Shown in pieces: positions 28,465 through 39,300 of a stretch of 64,000 nucleotides of DNA (position 1 is the first letter of the stretch; each line of letters begins with the position of its first letter). The notes under the pieces are model-generated. The model saw only the letters and a list, made by a program, of their open reading frames with translations. It was not told where the DNA came from and did no database searches. The translations under genes and the position numbers were made by a program. The DNA is from a virus (taxonomy: Duplodnaviria; Heunggongvirae; Uroviricota; Caudoviricetes): positions 75,683 to 139,682 of the IMG/VR virus record IMGVR_UViG_2700989044_000001; one strand, written 5' to 3'.

Positions 28465-29007
28465 ATGGAAGCACCGCGAATTACTATTTATTATAGGATA
28501 TTAAGTAATGTTGATGAAACTCCAGTAACAAATTTCATGTTTATAGATTCTACGAAAGATTTAACTTTAAATTATGGTCATATTGACCCAACTAAAGGTG
28601 GAGAATCTCCTTATATTATAGAGTTTGATATATGGAATAATGAACCTGCTTTTGCTGCAGGTATGTTACCAGATAGAGTTAAGGATGCTAAAAATTGTAC
28701 CTTTGAAGTTTGGGATAACGCGAATTTAAATTCTATGAATAATTTAATTAAAGATAAAAAAATGTTTGTACATGCAAGATGTATTACTAAAACTAGAAAT
28801 TCTAAATGGTTACCTATTGCTGGAGCGTACGTATCTCTCGACAAAGATGGTATATTTGGTAACGTTGATAAGACTAATGAGGGAGTTTTAAGTGGTCAAC
28901 CGGGTGGTGATCACACTATCATACAAACAAAATTAGTTTTGCCAGAGTTGGTTGGTTACAATAAAAATTTCAATTTCGTATTTAATTTTGGATACGATTA
29001 CGATTAA
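28465..29007 (+). CDS. Hypothetical beta-rich (likely virion) protein
   Basis: RBS ggagggag; located in neck region. Confidence 0.55.
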   Translation: MEAPRITIYYRILSNVDETPVTNFMFIDSTKDLTLNYGHIDPTKGGESPYIIEFDIWNNEPAFAAGMLPDRVKDAKNCTFEVWDNANLNSMNNLIKDKKMFVHARCITKTRNSKWLPIAGAYVSLDKDGIFGNVDKTNEGVLSGQPGGDHTIIQTKLVLPELVGYNKNFNFVFNFGYDYD

Positions 29008-29037
29008 ATATTAGTTTATAAGTTAGGGGGTGGTTTT

Positions 29038-29907
29038 TTGAAAAGAAAAGGTAGTTTTGTAATAAAAGTATCTACGTATAAGAAGAGATTTTCAAGGATA
29101 ACGTATGCACAATTAACTAACAATGGTTCTCCAATACAGGTTGTATGCAATGAAGAGGGGATTATTACTACTGCATTATCTGGAAGAATAACAAAATCTC
29201 GCTCAGCTTATTCTGATGGCATAAAAAATGCGAAAATTACAGCGTATAAGGATGGTAAAGTTTATGATTACACTTATACTCATAATGGAATAAATGAAGA
29301 TGGAGAATATGATGCTAGGTTAGCTGGTAGTTATTCTTTGTTTTTAGAAAATGGCAAATATGACATAAGAATAGAAAGTGAATTATATAATAGAACTATA
29401 AAGAATTATCTTGTTGAAGATGGAATAAAGCTTTACAGAAAAACAATAAGGATGGGTCAAATAAAAGCTAAATACCCATTAGATGATGTAGTTAGAGAAG
29501 GATATTCAATAAATAATTTAGTTACTTTTGTTTCTTATTCAAAACAAGAGAATTGCGACTATAACGAAGCATTAGAACACACCGCGAAAGAAGCGTTAAT
29601 AGTTGGTGTAATAAGAGATCAGCACAATTTACCAACTGAGGATGCTGAATTAATAGTGGCAGATAGTAAAACAAAAGTTATAAAAGCTTTTATAAGAACT
29701 AAAGGAGATGGAAAATTTTCTTTTGTTTTAGAACCTGGGAAATATGATGTTATCTTAAGATCAACTAAGCATAGTGCGAAAATTGTAAGAGATTATGATT
29801 TTGTTGATTTTAGAAATGGATTTTTGTTAGATTTATTTAATATTGATAATGAAAATTACAATAATTCTTTAAAAAGTGGTGGTGAATGGTTATGGATTTC
29901 CAAATAA
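29038..29907 (+). CDS. Virion protein with two carboxypeptidase-regulatory-like domains
   Basis: G.YSLFLENGKYDIRI and GKFSFVLEPGKYDVIL repeats. Confidence 0.6.
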   Translation: MKRKGSFVIKVSTYKKRFSRITYAQLTNNGSPIQVVCNEEGIITTALSGRITKSRSAYSDGIKNAKITAYKDGKVYDYTYTHNGINEDGEYDARLAGSYSLFLENGKYDIRIESELYNRTIKNYLVEDGIKLYRKTIRMGQIKAKYPLDDVVREGYSINNLVTFVSYSKQENCDYNEALEHTAKEALIVGVIRDQHNLPTEDAELIVADSKTKVIKAFIRTKGDGKFSFVLEPGKYDVILRSTKHSAKIVRDYDFVDFRNGFLLDLFNIDNENYNNSLKSGGEWLWISK

Positions 29908-30743
29908 ACGAGAGAAGATTGCCTGCACCAATAAACATAACTGTTTCTATCCCAAAAGGGCCTGGACATTTATTGATAGTTTGGGATAGCGTTAAAAATC
30001 CAGATTTAAATAAGTATCCAGATGGTGAGCCTAAAATTATAAAAGTTAAATATAACGTATACAGAGGCCTTTCTATAGGTGGTATTTTCTATAAGATGAA
30101 TAAACAACCATTAGAGCAATTACGTTTTGAAGATGAAAAAGTTGGTAGAAACCCTAATACTCAATATTTTTATAAAGTCTCTACTGTTGCGGAATTTGAT
30201 GATGGTTATGAAAAATACGATGTTGAAGGTGAGTTATCTTCACCAGTTATTTTTCACATACCAACTACTAATAAGTGGTTTAAGAAAATAAATGAAAGAA
30301 ACATGTGGATATTAAAAAATACAGGCGTTTTAATGGATTTATATATTAGAAAAACTGATGGAGAACGCTGTGATAAATGTTTAAGTCAAACAAGAGGACA
30401 AGGATATGCTGATTGTTTAGAATGTTTTGGTACTACATATAAAGGTGGATATGAGCCTATGACTCAATTATATGTAAGACAAAAACCTGCAACACAACAA
30501 TTAGAATTAACTCCTCACGGTTATGTTCAAAACAGTACTCCAGGCGCATGGACAATTTCAAATGTTAAACTTACAAATAGAGATTTATTGATTAATCCAG
30601 AAGGTAAGATATTCTCTATTACGGGTTCCCATGTTAGTCACGCTGCTGGTTATTTGTTTCACCAAGAATTAACAATGAGAGAGTTAGACCCAACAGATAG
30701 ACTTTATAAAATAAAGAGAACAACTTTATACCCAGAATGGTAG
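29886..30743 (+). CDS. Head-closure/neck protein with FN3 domain and zinc finger
   Basis: WDSV..YNVYRG..YFYKVSTV FN3; CDKC...CLECFGTTYKGGY; NRDLLI...F.I. Confidence 0.6.
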   Translation: MVMDFQINERRLPAPINITVSIPKGPGHLLIVWDSVKNPDLNKYPDGEPKIIKVKYNVYRGLSIGGIFYKMNKQPLEQLRFEDEKVGRNPNTQYFYKVSTVAEFDDGYEKYDVEGELSSPVIFHIPTTNKWFKKINERNMWILKNTGVLMDLYIRKTDGERCDKCLSQTRGQGYADCLECFGTTYKGGYEPMTQLYVRQKPATQQLELTPHGYVQNSTPGAWTISNVKLTNRDLLINPEGKIFSITGSHVSHAAGYLFHQELTMRELDPTDRLYKIKRTTLYPEW

Positions 30744-30814
30744 TGTTTTGTGTTAAATATTACAAATAAACTATCTATAATAATTATAGAGATTACAAGT
30801 TAGGAGACTAGAGA

Positions 30815-31159
30815 ATGAGAAGTAGAAAAATTACCATTGAGAATATTACTGGTAAAAGAATTGACGGTATTATTACTAATCAACCTATTGAGTTAACGGA
30901 TCAACAGTTATCAGCAATTGCTGAGGGAGTATTGCAAGTATTGTACAATATGGGGGTTTATTCTGGAGTAGAATTTAATTACGATTTAAAGCTCGATGAT
31001 GGTACTAAATTTTATGTTCATGGTACAGACGTAACTGTTTTACCAGCAAATCAAGATTCTTATACTAGACGAATTAGAAATAATAGTCAAGTTGTTTCTA
31101 AACAAGATAAAAAAGATGATGATTTCTTAAGAGAAATGGAAAAAATGGAAAGAAATTAA
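30815..31159 (+). CDS. Hypothetical protein
   Basis: RBS aggag; terminator 31178-31207. Confidence 0.6.
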   Translation: MRSRKITIENITGKRIDGIITNQPIELTDQQLSAIAEGVLQVLYNMGVYSGVEFNYDLKLDDGTKFYVHGTDVTVLPANQDSYTRRIRNNSQVVSKQDKKDDDFLREMEKMERN

Positions 31160-31313
31160 TAAAATGTTATTTTTATGAAAACCGTAACTTAATTAGTTAC
31201 GGTTTTTAATTTTGTGAAAATAGAGCCTGTTATATTTTTATAAAGCTTGAATATACTAAATACGTAATACTGGACTATCTTTGTATTATAAATATCTTTG
31301 GAGGTGGTATCAA

Positions 31314-31877
31314 ATGAGAGCCTCCGCTCTAAAGTATACAAAAGATGTGATAATTGATTTATTGAAAGGTTTTTTAGCGAATTATGAGAATTATCAAAAT
31401 TTCTGTGAAATAGATTTTTCTCATGCAATGGTATACGATAAAGAACCTAATGAGTTGAGATCATTTCCATTGGCGATAGTTTCCGGTAGTAATGGACAAG
31501 TTATCACTGGTGGGTTACAGGATTTTGCTCATGAAATTCACAATCAGTTTGGTGATTTAGTAGCTTACCGTTATGGTGGAATGTATGAGTTTAATATCAC
31601 TATTGATTTAGGTACTAGAAGTACGTTTGATAGGGAATTATTTTCAGACTTGATAGCTATGGCGTTAAGGGTTCATTTGAGAAGACATATTGAGAGAGAG
31701 GGTATTATCATTAAAGACATGAGATATGGTGGGGAAGCAGAAATACCTTATGATAGTGATAAAGTATATGCTTCTAGTATACAATTTACCACTTGGTCAG
31801 AATGGTATAAAGATATTGACTTACTTGATATCGCTGATATTAACCTTAATTTTAATAGAGATTTGAATAACCCTTAA
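31314..31877 (+). CDS. Tail completion/terminator protein
   Basis: Directly upstream of sheath; FPLAIVS...ITIDL...DRELFSD; ATG 31314 with RBS ggaggtgg. Confidence 0.55.
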   Translation: MRASALKYTKDVIIDLLKGFLANYENYQNFCEIDFSHAMVYDKEPNELRSFPLAIVSGSNGQVITGGLQDFAHEIHNQFGDLVAYRYGGMYEFNITIDLGTRSTFDRELFSDLIAMALRVHLRRHIEREGIIIKDMRYGGEAEIPYDSDKVYASSIQFTTWSEWYKDIDLLDIADINLNFNRDLNNP

Positions 31878-31959
31878 CTATTAAGGAACACGGTAATTAT
31901 GGTAACTTCTTCTTATTAGGAGTTAAATATTATAAATGCAATTAAAGGAGGTAACAAAC

Positions 31960-33699
31960 ATGCCATATAAAAAACCCGGCGCTTATGCTCGCTTTGTAAA
32001 AACTGCTTCTGCTATAACTTCAGTTGGTGCTACTCGAGTTATGGCTATTGTTGGTACTGGTAGAATGTATTTCGATAGTCTTAATGAGAATATCGTAAGA
32101 AACAACAAAGCTATTTCTGATGAATTAGCTCGTAAAGGAGTATATGAAGTTTATGCAGTAACTAATAAATCAGTTAAACCTGCTGATTTAGACCCTAGCA
32201 ATGAAGCTGTTTTAAAAAGTAAAGTAAGAGTTTATGAAAAAGATGTTGATTATACTATAGCTGTTGATGAAGCAACTGGTACAGCGAGAATCGTATGGGA
32301 AAAAGAGGCTGGTGCAGATGCTGTAGTTACTACAGAAACGTTTGCTGACACTCATCCTTTACATGAAATCGTTTCAGCTACTGTTCATGAAGAGCACCTA
32401 ATTACTGACGGTTCATATAGAATTCAATTTACTTATATTGATAGTGCTGATAGCAGCTTTAATACTTTCGCTATTATCAATAATAAAAATGAGGAAGTTC
32501 TTGGTGAATATACATTCACTAATACTGCTTTAATTAATGTTATCCCAGGCTTAACAATGACTGTAAGAGATTTCTCTGCTGCAAATGTTGGAGATTCTGT
32601 TAAAATTGATTGTACAGCTGCTAAAATTAAAGCTGGTTTGTTCGATGCAGATCAAACAACTTTCTACATTCACTATAACTATAAGAAAATGGATGCAGCT
32701 TTAGAACCTAAAGTATTCTCTGATTACAATAGTGTTGTTGCTGAATATGGTAACTATGAAGTTACTGCTTCTGGTAAAGTTATCAACTCATTATCATTAG
32801 GTGCAGAAATCGCATTTACTAATGGTGTTACTCCAATCGTGTTAGTACAAGCGAAAAACGATACTGCTTATGAAATCAACACTGCGATTGATAAATTAAG
32901 AAAAGATGTTGTTGGAGTTTCTGTTATTTCAACTATTGTACCATTAAGTACTGCAAATGGTGTACGTTTACACGTATCTGCTCACGTCCTTGATATGTCT
33001 GATGAAGAAGTGGGAAGAGAACGTATGGCTTATGTTGGTATTAATAAAAACGAATCTTATGGCGAAGCTGCTTTACTTACTAAAGGTTTTAATAATGAAC
33101 GTTTAGTATGTGTAGCTCCAGGTTCTGCTGTTAAAGAAATTCGTGACTTAGAAACTGGTAAAGTTAGTTTAAGAAATCTAGATGCTAGCTATCTTGCAGT
33201 AGCGGTAGCTACATTAGGTCTTAAAAATGACCCTGCCGAGCCATTAACAAATAAACCAATTACTGGATTCAGTTCAATCGGTTCAGTATATACTGAATTT
33301 GAAAAGAACCATATGGCTGAAAATGGAGTACTTATTTTAGAACAAAGTGGTAACAATATCAAAGTAAGACATGGTATCACTACTGCTGCTACTGAAGTAA
33401 ATACTGCAGAGATTACATTAGTTCAAATTAAAGACTATGTAATTGAATCGGTTAGAAAATATCTTGGCGAAATTTATATCGGTAGAAAATTAATGCCTAC
33501 TGTTGTAACTGATGTTCAAACTACATTAACAAATATCTTATCTCAATTTGTATCTCAAGAAGTAATTCTTGGTTACGGTTCAGTAGATGTTGTTCGTTCT
33601 GAAGATGATCCAAGAGCGATTGATGTTAAGTTTGAAATCGAAGCAGTTTATCCATTAAACTACATCAACATTGCATTCTCATTCTCTGGTGTAAACTAA
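31960..33699 (+). CDS. Contractile tail sheath protein (579 aa)
   Basis: MPYKKPGAYARF start, P.EPLTNKPI.GF, GVLILE..G...VRHGITT, C-terminal FEIEAVYPLNYINI. Confidence 0.92.
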   Translation: MPYKKPGAYARFVKTASAITSVGATRVMAIVGTGRMYFDSLNENIVRNNKAISDELARKGVYEVYAVTNKSVKPADLDPSNEAVLKSKVRVYEKDVDYTIAVDEATGTARIVWEKEAGADAVVTTETFADTHPLHEIVSATVHEEHLITDGSYRIQFTYIDSADSSFNTFAIINNKNEEVLGEYTFTNTALINVIPGLTMTVRDFSAANVGDSVKIDCTAAKIKAGLFDADQTTFYIHYNYKKMDAALEPKVFSDYNSVVAEYGNYEVTASGKVINSLSLGAEIAFTNGVTPIVLVQAKNDTAYEINTAIDKLRKDVVGVSVISTIVPLSTANGVRLHVSAHVLDMSDEEVGRERMAYVGINKNESYGEAALLTKGFNNERLVCVAPGSAVKEIRDLETGKVSLRNLDASYLAVAVATLGLKNDPAEPLTNKPITGFSSIGSVYTEFEKNHMAENGVLILEQSGNNIKVRHGITTAATEVNTAEITLVQIKDYVIESVRKYLGEIYIGRKLMPTVVTDVQTTLTNILSQFVSQEVILGYGSVDVVRSEDDPRAIDVKFEIEAVYPLNYINIAFSFSGVN

Positions 33700-33721
33700 T
33701 AATTTTAAATCACAACAACTG

Positions 33722-33754
33722 TTATTTGCTAAGGGTTTTTCCCTTAGCAAATAA
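33722..33754 (+). terminator. Hairpin between sheath and tube
   Basis: ttatttgctaaggg-ttttt-cccttagcaaataa. Confidence 0.6.
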
Positions 33755-33784
33755 TTATATTAAGTTAAGAGGGGTGAAAAAAGT

Positions 33785-34513
33785 ATGGCAATTCAAAAAG
33801 TTAATGGTACGCAATCTGGTATACATTCAGCATATTCTTCTGCTTCCAATAAAAACTTAAATACTTACCGTGCATCAGGCATGGTCGATATGGAGAACAA
33901 CCCTGGTGGTTTAGCCATTACCACTACCAATATAGAAGTTTGGTCAAATGGCGTAAAAGTAGGTTTCATGCAATCTGCTTCTCCATCAGAATCTCGTAAT
34001 ATTGTGAAAGTACAAGAATTAGGAACTGAAGGCGTTGTTCAAGCTGTACCGGGTAACACAAACGGTGGACAATTATCTATTTCTAGGTTCGCATTATATA
34101 ATTCAACTTTATTTGCTGCTTTAGGTTTAACACCAAGTGGTACACATAGTGTCCCTACTTCTTTACACACTACTTATAATGCAGCTGAAGATGCTCCTTA
34201 TAATGTTGGTGCTGGTAAGAATCCATTTAAAACATTGAAAGACCAAAGAGTTCCAATTGAAATTAAAATGAAAACAAGAAAGCCTATCGATTATTCAGGT
34301 TCTGACGGTTGGTATGAAGAAGCATATGTTGACTGCTGGTTATCTTCATATAGTAAAACAATTGCTTCTAACACAATAACTATTACTGAACAAGCTACAA
34401 TTCAATACAGTGATATTTATGTTGCTCCTGTTAATGATACTATTGGCGGTACAACTGGTAATACTCCGGCTGCAGATAGTAGAAATGCGACTGGTAGAGT
34501 ACTTAGAAAATAA
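33785..34513 (+). CDS. Tail tube protein 1
   Basis: Follows sheath; VGFMQS.SPSESRNI, YVDCWLSSYSKT, ITEQATIQY. Confidence 0.8.
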   Translation: MAIQKVNGTQSGIHSAYSSASNKNLNTYRASGMVDMENNPGGLAITTTNIEVWSNGVKVGFMQSASPSESRNIVKVQELGTEGVVQAVPGNTNGGQLSISRFALYNSTLFAALGLTPSGTHSVPTSLHTTYNAAEDAPYNVGAGKNPFKTLKDQRVPIEIKMKTRKPIDYSGSDGWYEEAYVDCWLSSYSKTIASNTITITEQATIQYSDIYVAPVNDTIGGTTGNTPAADSRNATGRVLRK

Positions 34514-34536
34514 TTAGAAATCGAGAGGTGATATAA

Positions 34537-35103
34537 ATGCCGAATATTTTTAATGATGGTCAAACCCAACATTTGAATTCCCAAAGAGCCTATGGTTGGG
34601 ACAGAACGGTTAATACTGATTTAGCTGCTGGTACTAGAATGGTACCAAACTCCCCAACACAAAATGGTTTATTGCAAACTAGTACGAATATTAGAATAAA
34701 AATGAATGGCGATGTTATTGGTATGGTTCAATCCTTAGCAGTATCAGAGTCACGTAATATTAATAAGTTGCAAGCAGTTGGTCAAGAGGGTGTTGTTCAA
34801 GCCGTACCAAGTAATACAAATGGTGGTCAATTAACAGTTTCTCGTATTGCATTATACGATAGAAAAATGATTGACGTTACTGGTATTAACAACAATGATA
34901 TTGGTGTATTTGTTACATTACGCCAACAACGTGTTCCATTTGAAATTTCATGTGAAACACCAAGTAATGCCGGCGAAGATACAGTTTTTGGTGATATCAC
35001 AACATATTATGATTGCTGGATTTCTTCTTACAGTAAATCATACTCTGTTCAATCTATTACAGTTGCCGAAAACTTAACAATTCAATACTCAGACTTATTA
35101 TAA
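34537..35103 (+). CDS. Tail tube protein 2 (paralog)
   Basis: SESRNINKLQAVGQEGVVQAVPSNTNGGQL matches tube 1; YYDCWISSYSKS. Confidence 0.8.
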   Translation: MPNIFNDGQTQHLNSQRAYGWDRTVNTDLAAGTRMVPNSPTQNGLLQTSTNIRIKMNGDVIGMVQSLAVSESRNINKLQAVGQEGVVQAVPSNTNGGQLTVSRIALYDRKMIDVTGINNNDIGVFVTLRQQRVPFEISCETPSNAGEDTVFGDITTYYDCWISSYSKSYSVQSITVAENLTIQYSDLL

Positions 35104-35261
35104 TCAATAGGACTCTTAAAAGGAGTCCTATTTTATTTATATTTTGCATTTGCTTGTAATAAATACATAACTTTCAGTTATTCTTTAAATGTAAAACAAA
35201 AATGAAAAGATTCTTATTGAATTCATGAATCTTAAATATACAACGAAGGGGTTTTAAAATA

Positions 35262-35609
35262 ATGAGAAAATCGTTAGAAGATTTAGTATTTGTTGGTAGA
35301 ATTGAAGAAAGCTTTAAAGTATACGGAAACGATTTCGTTTTAACTACACTAACATCAAGCGAACAATTATCTGCTACAGCGGCGACTGACCGTTATGATA
35401 ATTTATCTAGAGTAAATGCGCTTAAGATTGAAATTCTTGCTCGTTCAATGAAAAAAGTTGGAGATATTGAACTTAATGATTTACAAGAAACTTTAGATTT
35501 TGTTGGTACAATGCAAATGCCAATGATTAACGAATTGTTTGGTAAATATGAAATTTTACAAAAGAAACAAGAAGAAGCATTAAAGGACTTGAATGAATTA
35601 AAAAACTAG
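35262..35609 (+). CDS. Tail assembly chaperone (G-like)
   Basis: Position between tube and tape measure; ends at slippery A AAA AAC TAG. Confidence 0.75.
   Translation: MRKSLEDLVFVGRIEESFKVYGNDFVLTTLTSSEQLSATAATDRYDNLSRVNALKIEILARSMKKVGDIELNDLQETLDFVGTMQMPMINELFGKYEILQKKQEEALKDLNELKN
35600..35606 (+). other. Programmed -1 frameshift site (A AAA AAC)
   Basis: -1 frame is open from 35606 into ATG 35645: LKKLASDTYSRIRWKVMKAIG. Confidence 0.8.
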
Positions 35610-35644
35610 CAAGCGACACTTATAGTCGTATTCGATGGAAAGTA

Positions 35645-36364
35645 ATGAAAGCCATTGGGTTGCCACCATCTGACCCGCGGGTAAGCCAGATGAATGACGC
35701 TCAATGGCTTTGGTGCTATTTTAATGAAGTTCAAGATGAAAAGGAAGAAGCAGATAGCTGGAAGTCTCGCTTTGACTATTTAACTTACTTTATTAATTTC
35801 GATATGGCTAAAAGTGTCCATGAAATGAATGGTAATAACAGTAGAAAATCAAAATACCAGCAGGATGGTTTACACGGTAATAGTCAATTCAACAAAGAGA
35901 TGCGCGCCGCTACTTTAGGTTATGATCCATCTAGCGGTTTATCAGTTGATGAATTTTTACAAAGTAAATTACAACCCAAAGAGAAATCTGTAGAAGGGGA
36001 TACAACACCAGACTTAATGAATGATAGCTTTGAAGAATTGCTAGCTAGTGGTGGTTTTGTAGAAGTTGCAGATGCGTCTCAAGGAATAGGGAATTCAAAA
36101 GAACATGTAGATGACTTCTTAGATAGAGCATTTGAAGATGAGCGACGAGTAATAATGCAGGATCAGTTAAGAAAACAAGAACAATTAAGAAAACAAGAAA
36201 TGATGAAAGATGCACCTATTGGTATTGAAGAAGAAGATTGGGATAAATTAAACAGCCCTGATGATAGTCATTCTTCATCTAACATAGAAGTTCCAAAAAA
36301 TGACGAAGAGATAATAAGAGAGTCAGAAGAACAAGATTTAGATATTTTTGATTTTGATGATTAA
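35645..36364 (+). CDS. Tail assembly chaperone, frameshifted (T-like) part
   Basis: No good RBS; joined to upstream ORF by -1 shift; LPPSDPRV..MND.QWLW. Confidence 0.7.
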   Translation: MKAIGLPPSDPRVSQMNDAQWLWCYFNEVQDEKEEADSWKSRFDYLTYFINFDMAKSVHEMNGNNSRKSKYQQDGLHGNSQFNKEMRAATLGYDPSSGLSVDEFLQSKLQPKEKSVEGDTTPDLMNDSFEELLASGGFVEVADASQGIGNSKEHVDDFLDRAFEDERRVIMQDQLRKQEQLRKQEMMKDAPIGIEEEDWDKLNSPDDSHSSSNIEVPKNDEEIIRESEEQDLDIFDFDD

Positions 36365-36393
36365 CGTTATTGTAAAAAGAGGGTGGTGGTAAA

Positions 36394-39300
36394 ATGAGTG
36401 AAAATAAAGTTATCAAAGCCATTATGGGTCAAATTAATGATTCATTTGAAAAAGTTGAAAACTATAAAATTAATGGTAACGCAGATGGTGCTATTCAAGA
36501 ATTAGATAAATTAATGGATAAACTTGGCGACGTTGAGCAGCAATTTAAAACTGCTGGTGGAGATGCATTCACTAAAAATATCCAAGAATCTTTTGCAAAT
36601 GCAAAAGCACAAGTTCAAGATTATATGAACTTCTTAAATAGTTCAAAAGATCAACTTGAATTTGGAGAAATATCCAGAAATGCAGCACAAAACTTTGATA
36701 ATTTAAAGAATAAATTCAACGAATTAAATCAATCATTAAATGGAATTGTCAGCAATCCAGCTTTAGATGATTTCACTAAGAAATTAGAATCTATTAAAGA
36801 CGTAAATCTAGATATTAGTGAAAAAGTTAGACAATTCGATAGCCAACTTGGTGAAATGGGTAAGTCTGTAGAGAAGTTAAAACAAAATATAGAATCTCAA
36901 CTTCAACTTATTGACTTTGGTAGCATAGGTGGTAATGAAGCTTTGTCGAGTTTTGACAAAGTATTATCATCAATTTTAGAGCGTGTTAATGCAACGAAAG
37001 ATCAAGTGAATTCAGAAGTTAGCAAAATGCTTTCTCCAGAACATATTTCATCAGATGGTGCAACTGAAAAGATAAACAGTTTCGTAAACGACGTTAAAAG
37101 AATGGGCGAAGAAATCATTCAAACAAGTAATGAAATAAAAGCTAGCTTTGGTTCATTATTTTCAAACTTATCTAACGATGTAGATGATAATACTATTTCT
37201 ATGTTGGAAAGGCTATCAGATGTAATCGGTTCACTAAAAGATAATAATATAGAGATTAAAAACCCACTCTCAGACTTAATAACTTCATTAAAATCTATTA
37301 ATGAAAAAGACATTGATATGGTAGCTAATTTATCGAATGCTCTAAACGACATGCTAAACATGAAATTTGACCAAGGGAACAATACCGTCTTTGGTATAAT
37401 GGAACTTAATAATGGTTTAAACTCTATGAAAAGCACTATTGAAGATGCTGCTAATGTTTTTAAGAGTCTTTTTGATGTTGTTAATAATGACAATTCATTT
37501 AATAACTTTGCAAATCAAATGAAAGATATGCAAGCTAAGATGAACGAAATGAATAGTGCAATGAATGAAATATCATCTTCATCGATGGCTACTATTAACA
37601 GTTTACAAACACAAACTTCTCATTTATTTAATCCAAGGTACAGTGAACCATTATCTGGAGCTTATGGAGATAACAATATTAATCCAAGAAATCCTAGACC
37701 AGATCAATTTTATGGTTCAGCGGGTTCAATGGGTCAAGATTTTTATCAAGATAGAAGTTACCAAAATATGATGAATCAAATGCATTCTACTCAAAATAAT
37801 TTAGGTAGAATGTTATGGAATAACTATGACGAAGAAAGATATGGTCATGGTGGAGATGCCCCTTGGATAACAAGAAGTGGAAATAGAACAAAAGAAGCTT
37901 TAATTGAAAACAATGAAATATCTGCTTTAATAAATCTTTTAAGTTCAGATAAAGGACTCAAAAGAAGCATTAGAGACTTACCTAACAATGTTAATGCTTA
38001 CGGCTCTGGTGGGGCAGATGATCAATTCGCAACTATCGAAAAACGAGTAGAAAAATATGTTCAAAATATAGAGCAACTATTATCTAAGTTTAGTAATATG
38101 AAAAACATAGATGCAGATGGTTCTTTTGATGATATTCTATTAGAAATGATTAATAACGGTAAAAACTTTGTTAATAAGTTTGACGATGTATTGAGTGAAT
38201 TGCCATCAGAAATGAGAAGAAAGTTAAAAGGTAATAGCACAATTGACGAATATAGAAAAATGGCTGACCAATATAATGCAGAAGCATTAGATAGAACAGT
38301 AAATTCAGACCTTAGAGGTAAATATGCTAGTGAAAATGCTTACACTGGCGATGGAACTGATTTCTTTTTACAAATGCTAAGCGGCTCAAAAATGAAAGGT
38401 GGAGCGGCTTCTTTAAGTTCAGCTATGCAAGGCCTGTCTTCAAATTATGATTATGACCCATCACTACGTTCGAAAATGTTATCAGCTAGTAGCTATAATG
38501 ATAACATGCTAAGCAGACATGACAAACTATTATCATCTTTGGACGGTGGAGATCATAACTTGATTATGAAAAATGCTACTGAATTCATGGAAAGTGGAAA
38601 ACTAAGTCTTGGTCAAAACACTGGAATCATGAGCAGTTTGGCAGCTTCTTTAAGTACGTCTGGTGGAAAAGATTCTGAGAAAACACTTAGTTTCTTAAAA
38701 GATATGGATAGTCAAGCTAGAGAAACTGGTTCAGCTATTAAAGACATTATGGAGAATCTTATCCAAATGATGGAGTTGAAAGCTGTAACACTCGAAGGTG
38801 ATGAAAGGTCTAAATTCGAAGAACAATTAGATAAAATAAAAGAAAAGCTTAAAGGCGTTAATGAAGAAATGGCTCGTTCTTCAGAAATACGCACTGATGC
38901 TTTTGTTTCTGCTGCATCTTCATTTGGTGAAGATGATTATGATAGAGCTGACGATGAATCTATAAGTTATTTATCAAAAAGACATAGTCAAGGTTATAGT
39001 AGAATACAGAGAAATACTAGCAATTTAAGAAGTCATGCTTATGCTGCTAAAATGGCAAATATGTCTGGTAATCCTTTAAGAGGATATAGAAGGGGAGACT
39101 TGTCAAATAACAGATTAGATAATATATCAGATATATCTAGAGACTTAGAAGCAAGAATGTATAAGATTAATGGTCTTAGATCTGAATTTGACGAAGCAGC
39201 AGCCGATCCAACAAGAAAAGATGAAGCAAGAGATAAATTATATCAATTAAATGACAACCAATCTCAAATGAATAATTTAGCTAAGCAATTAGCTAAGCAA

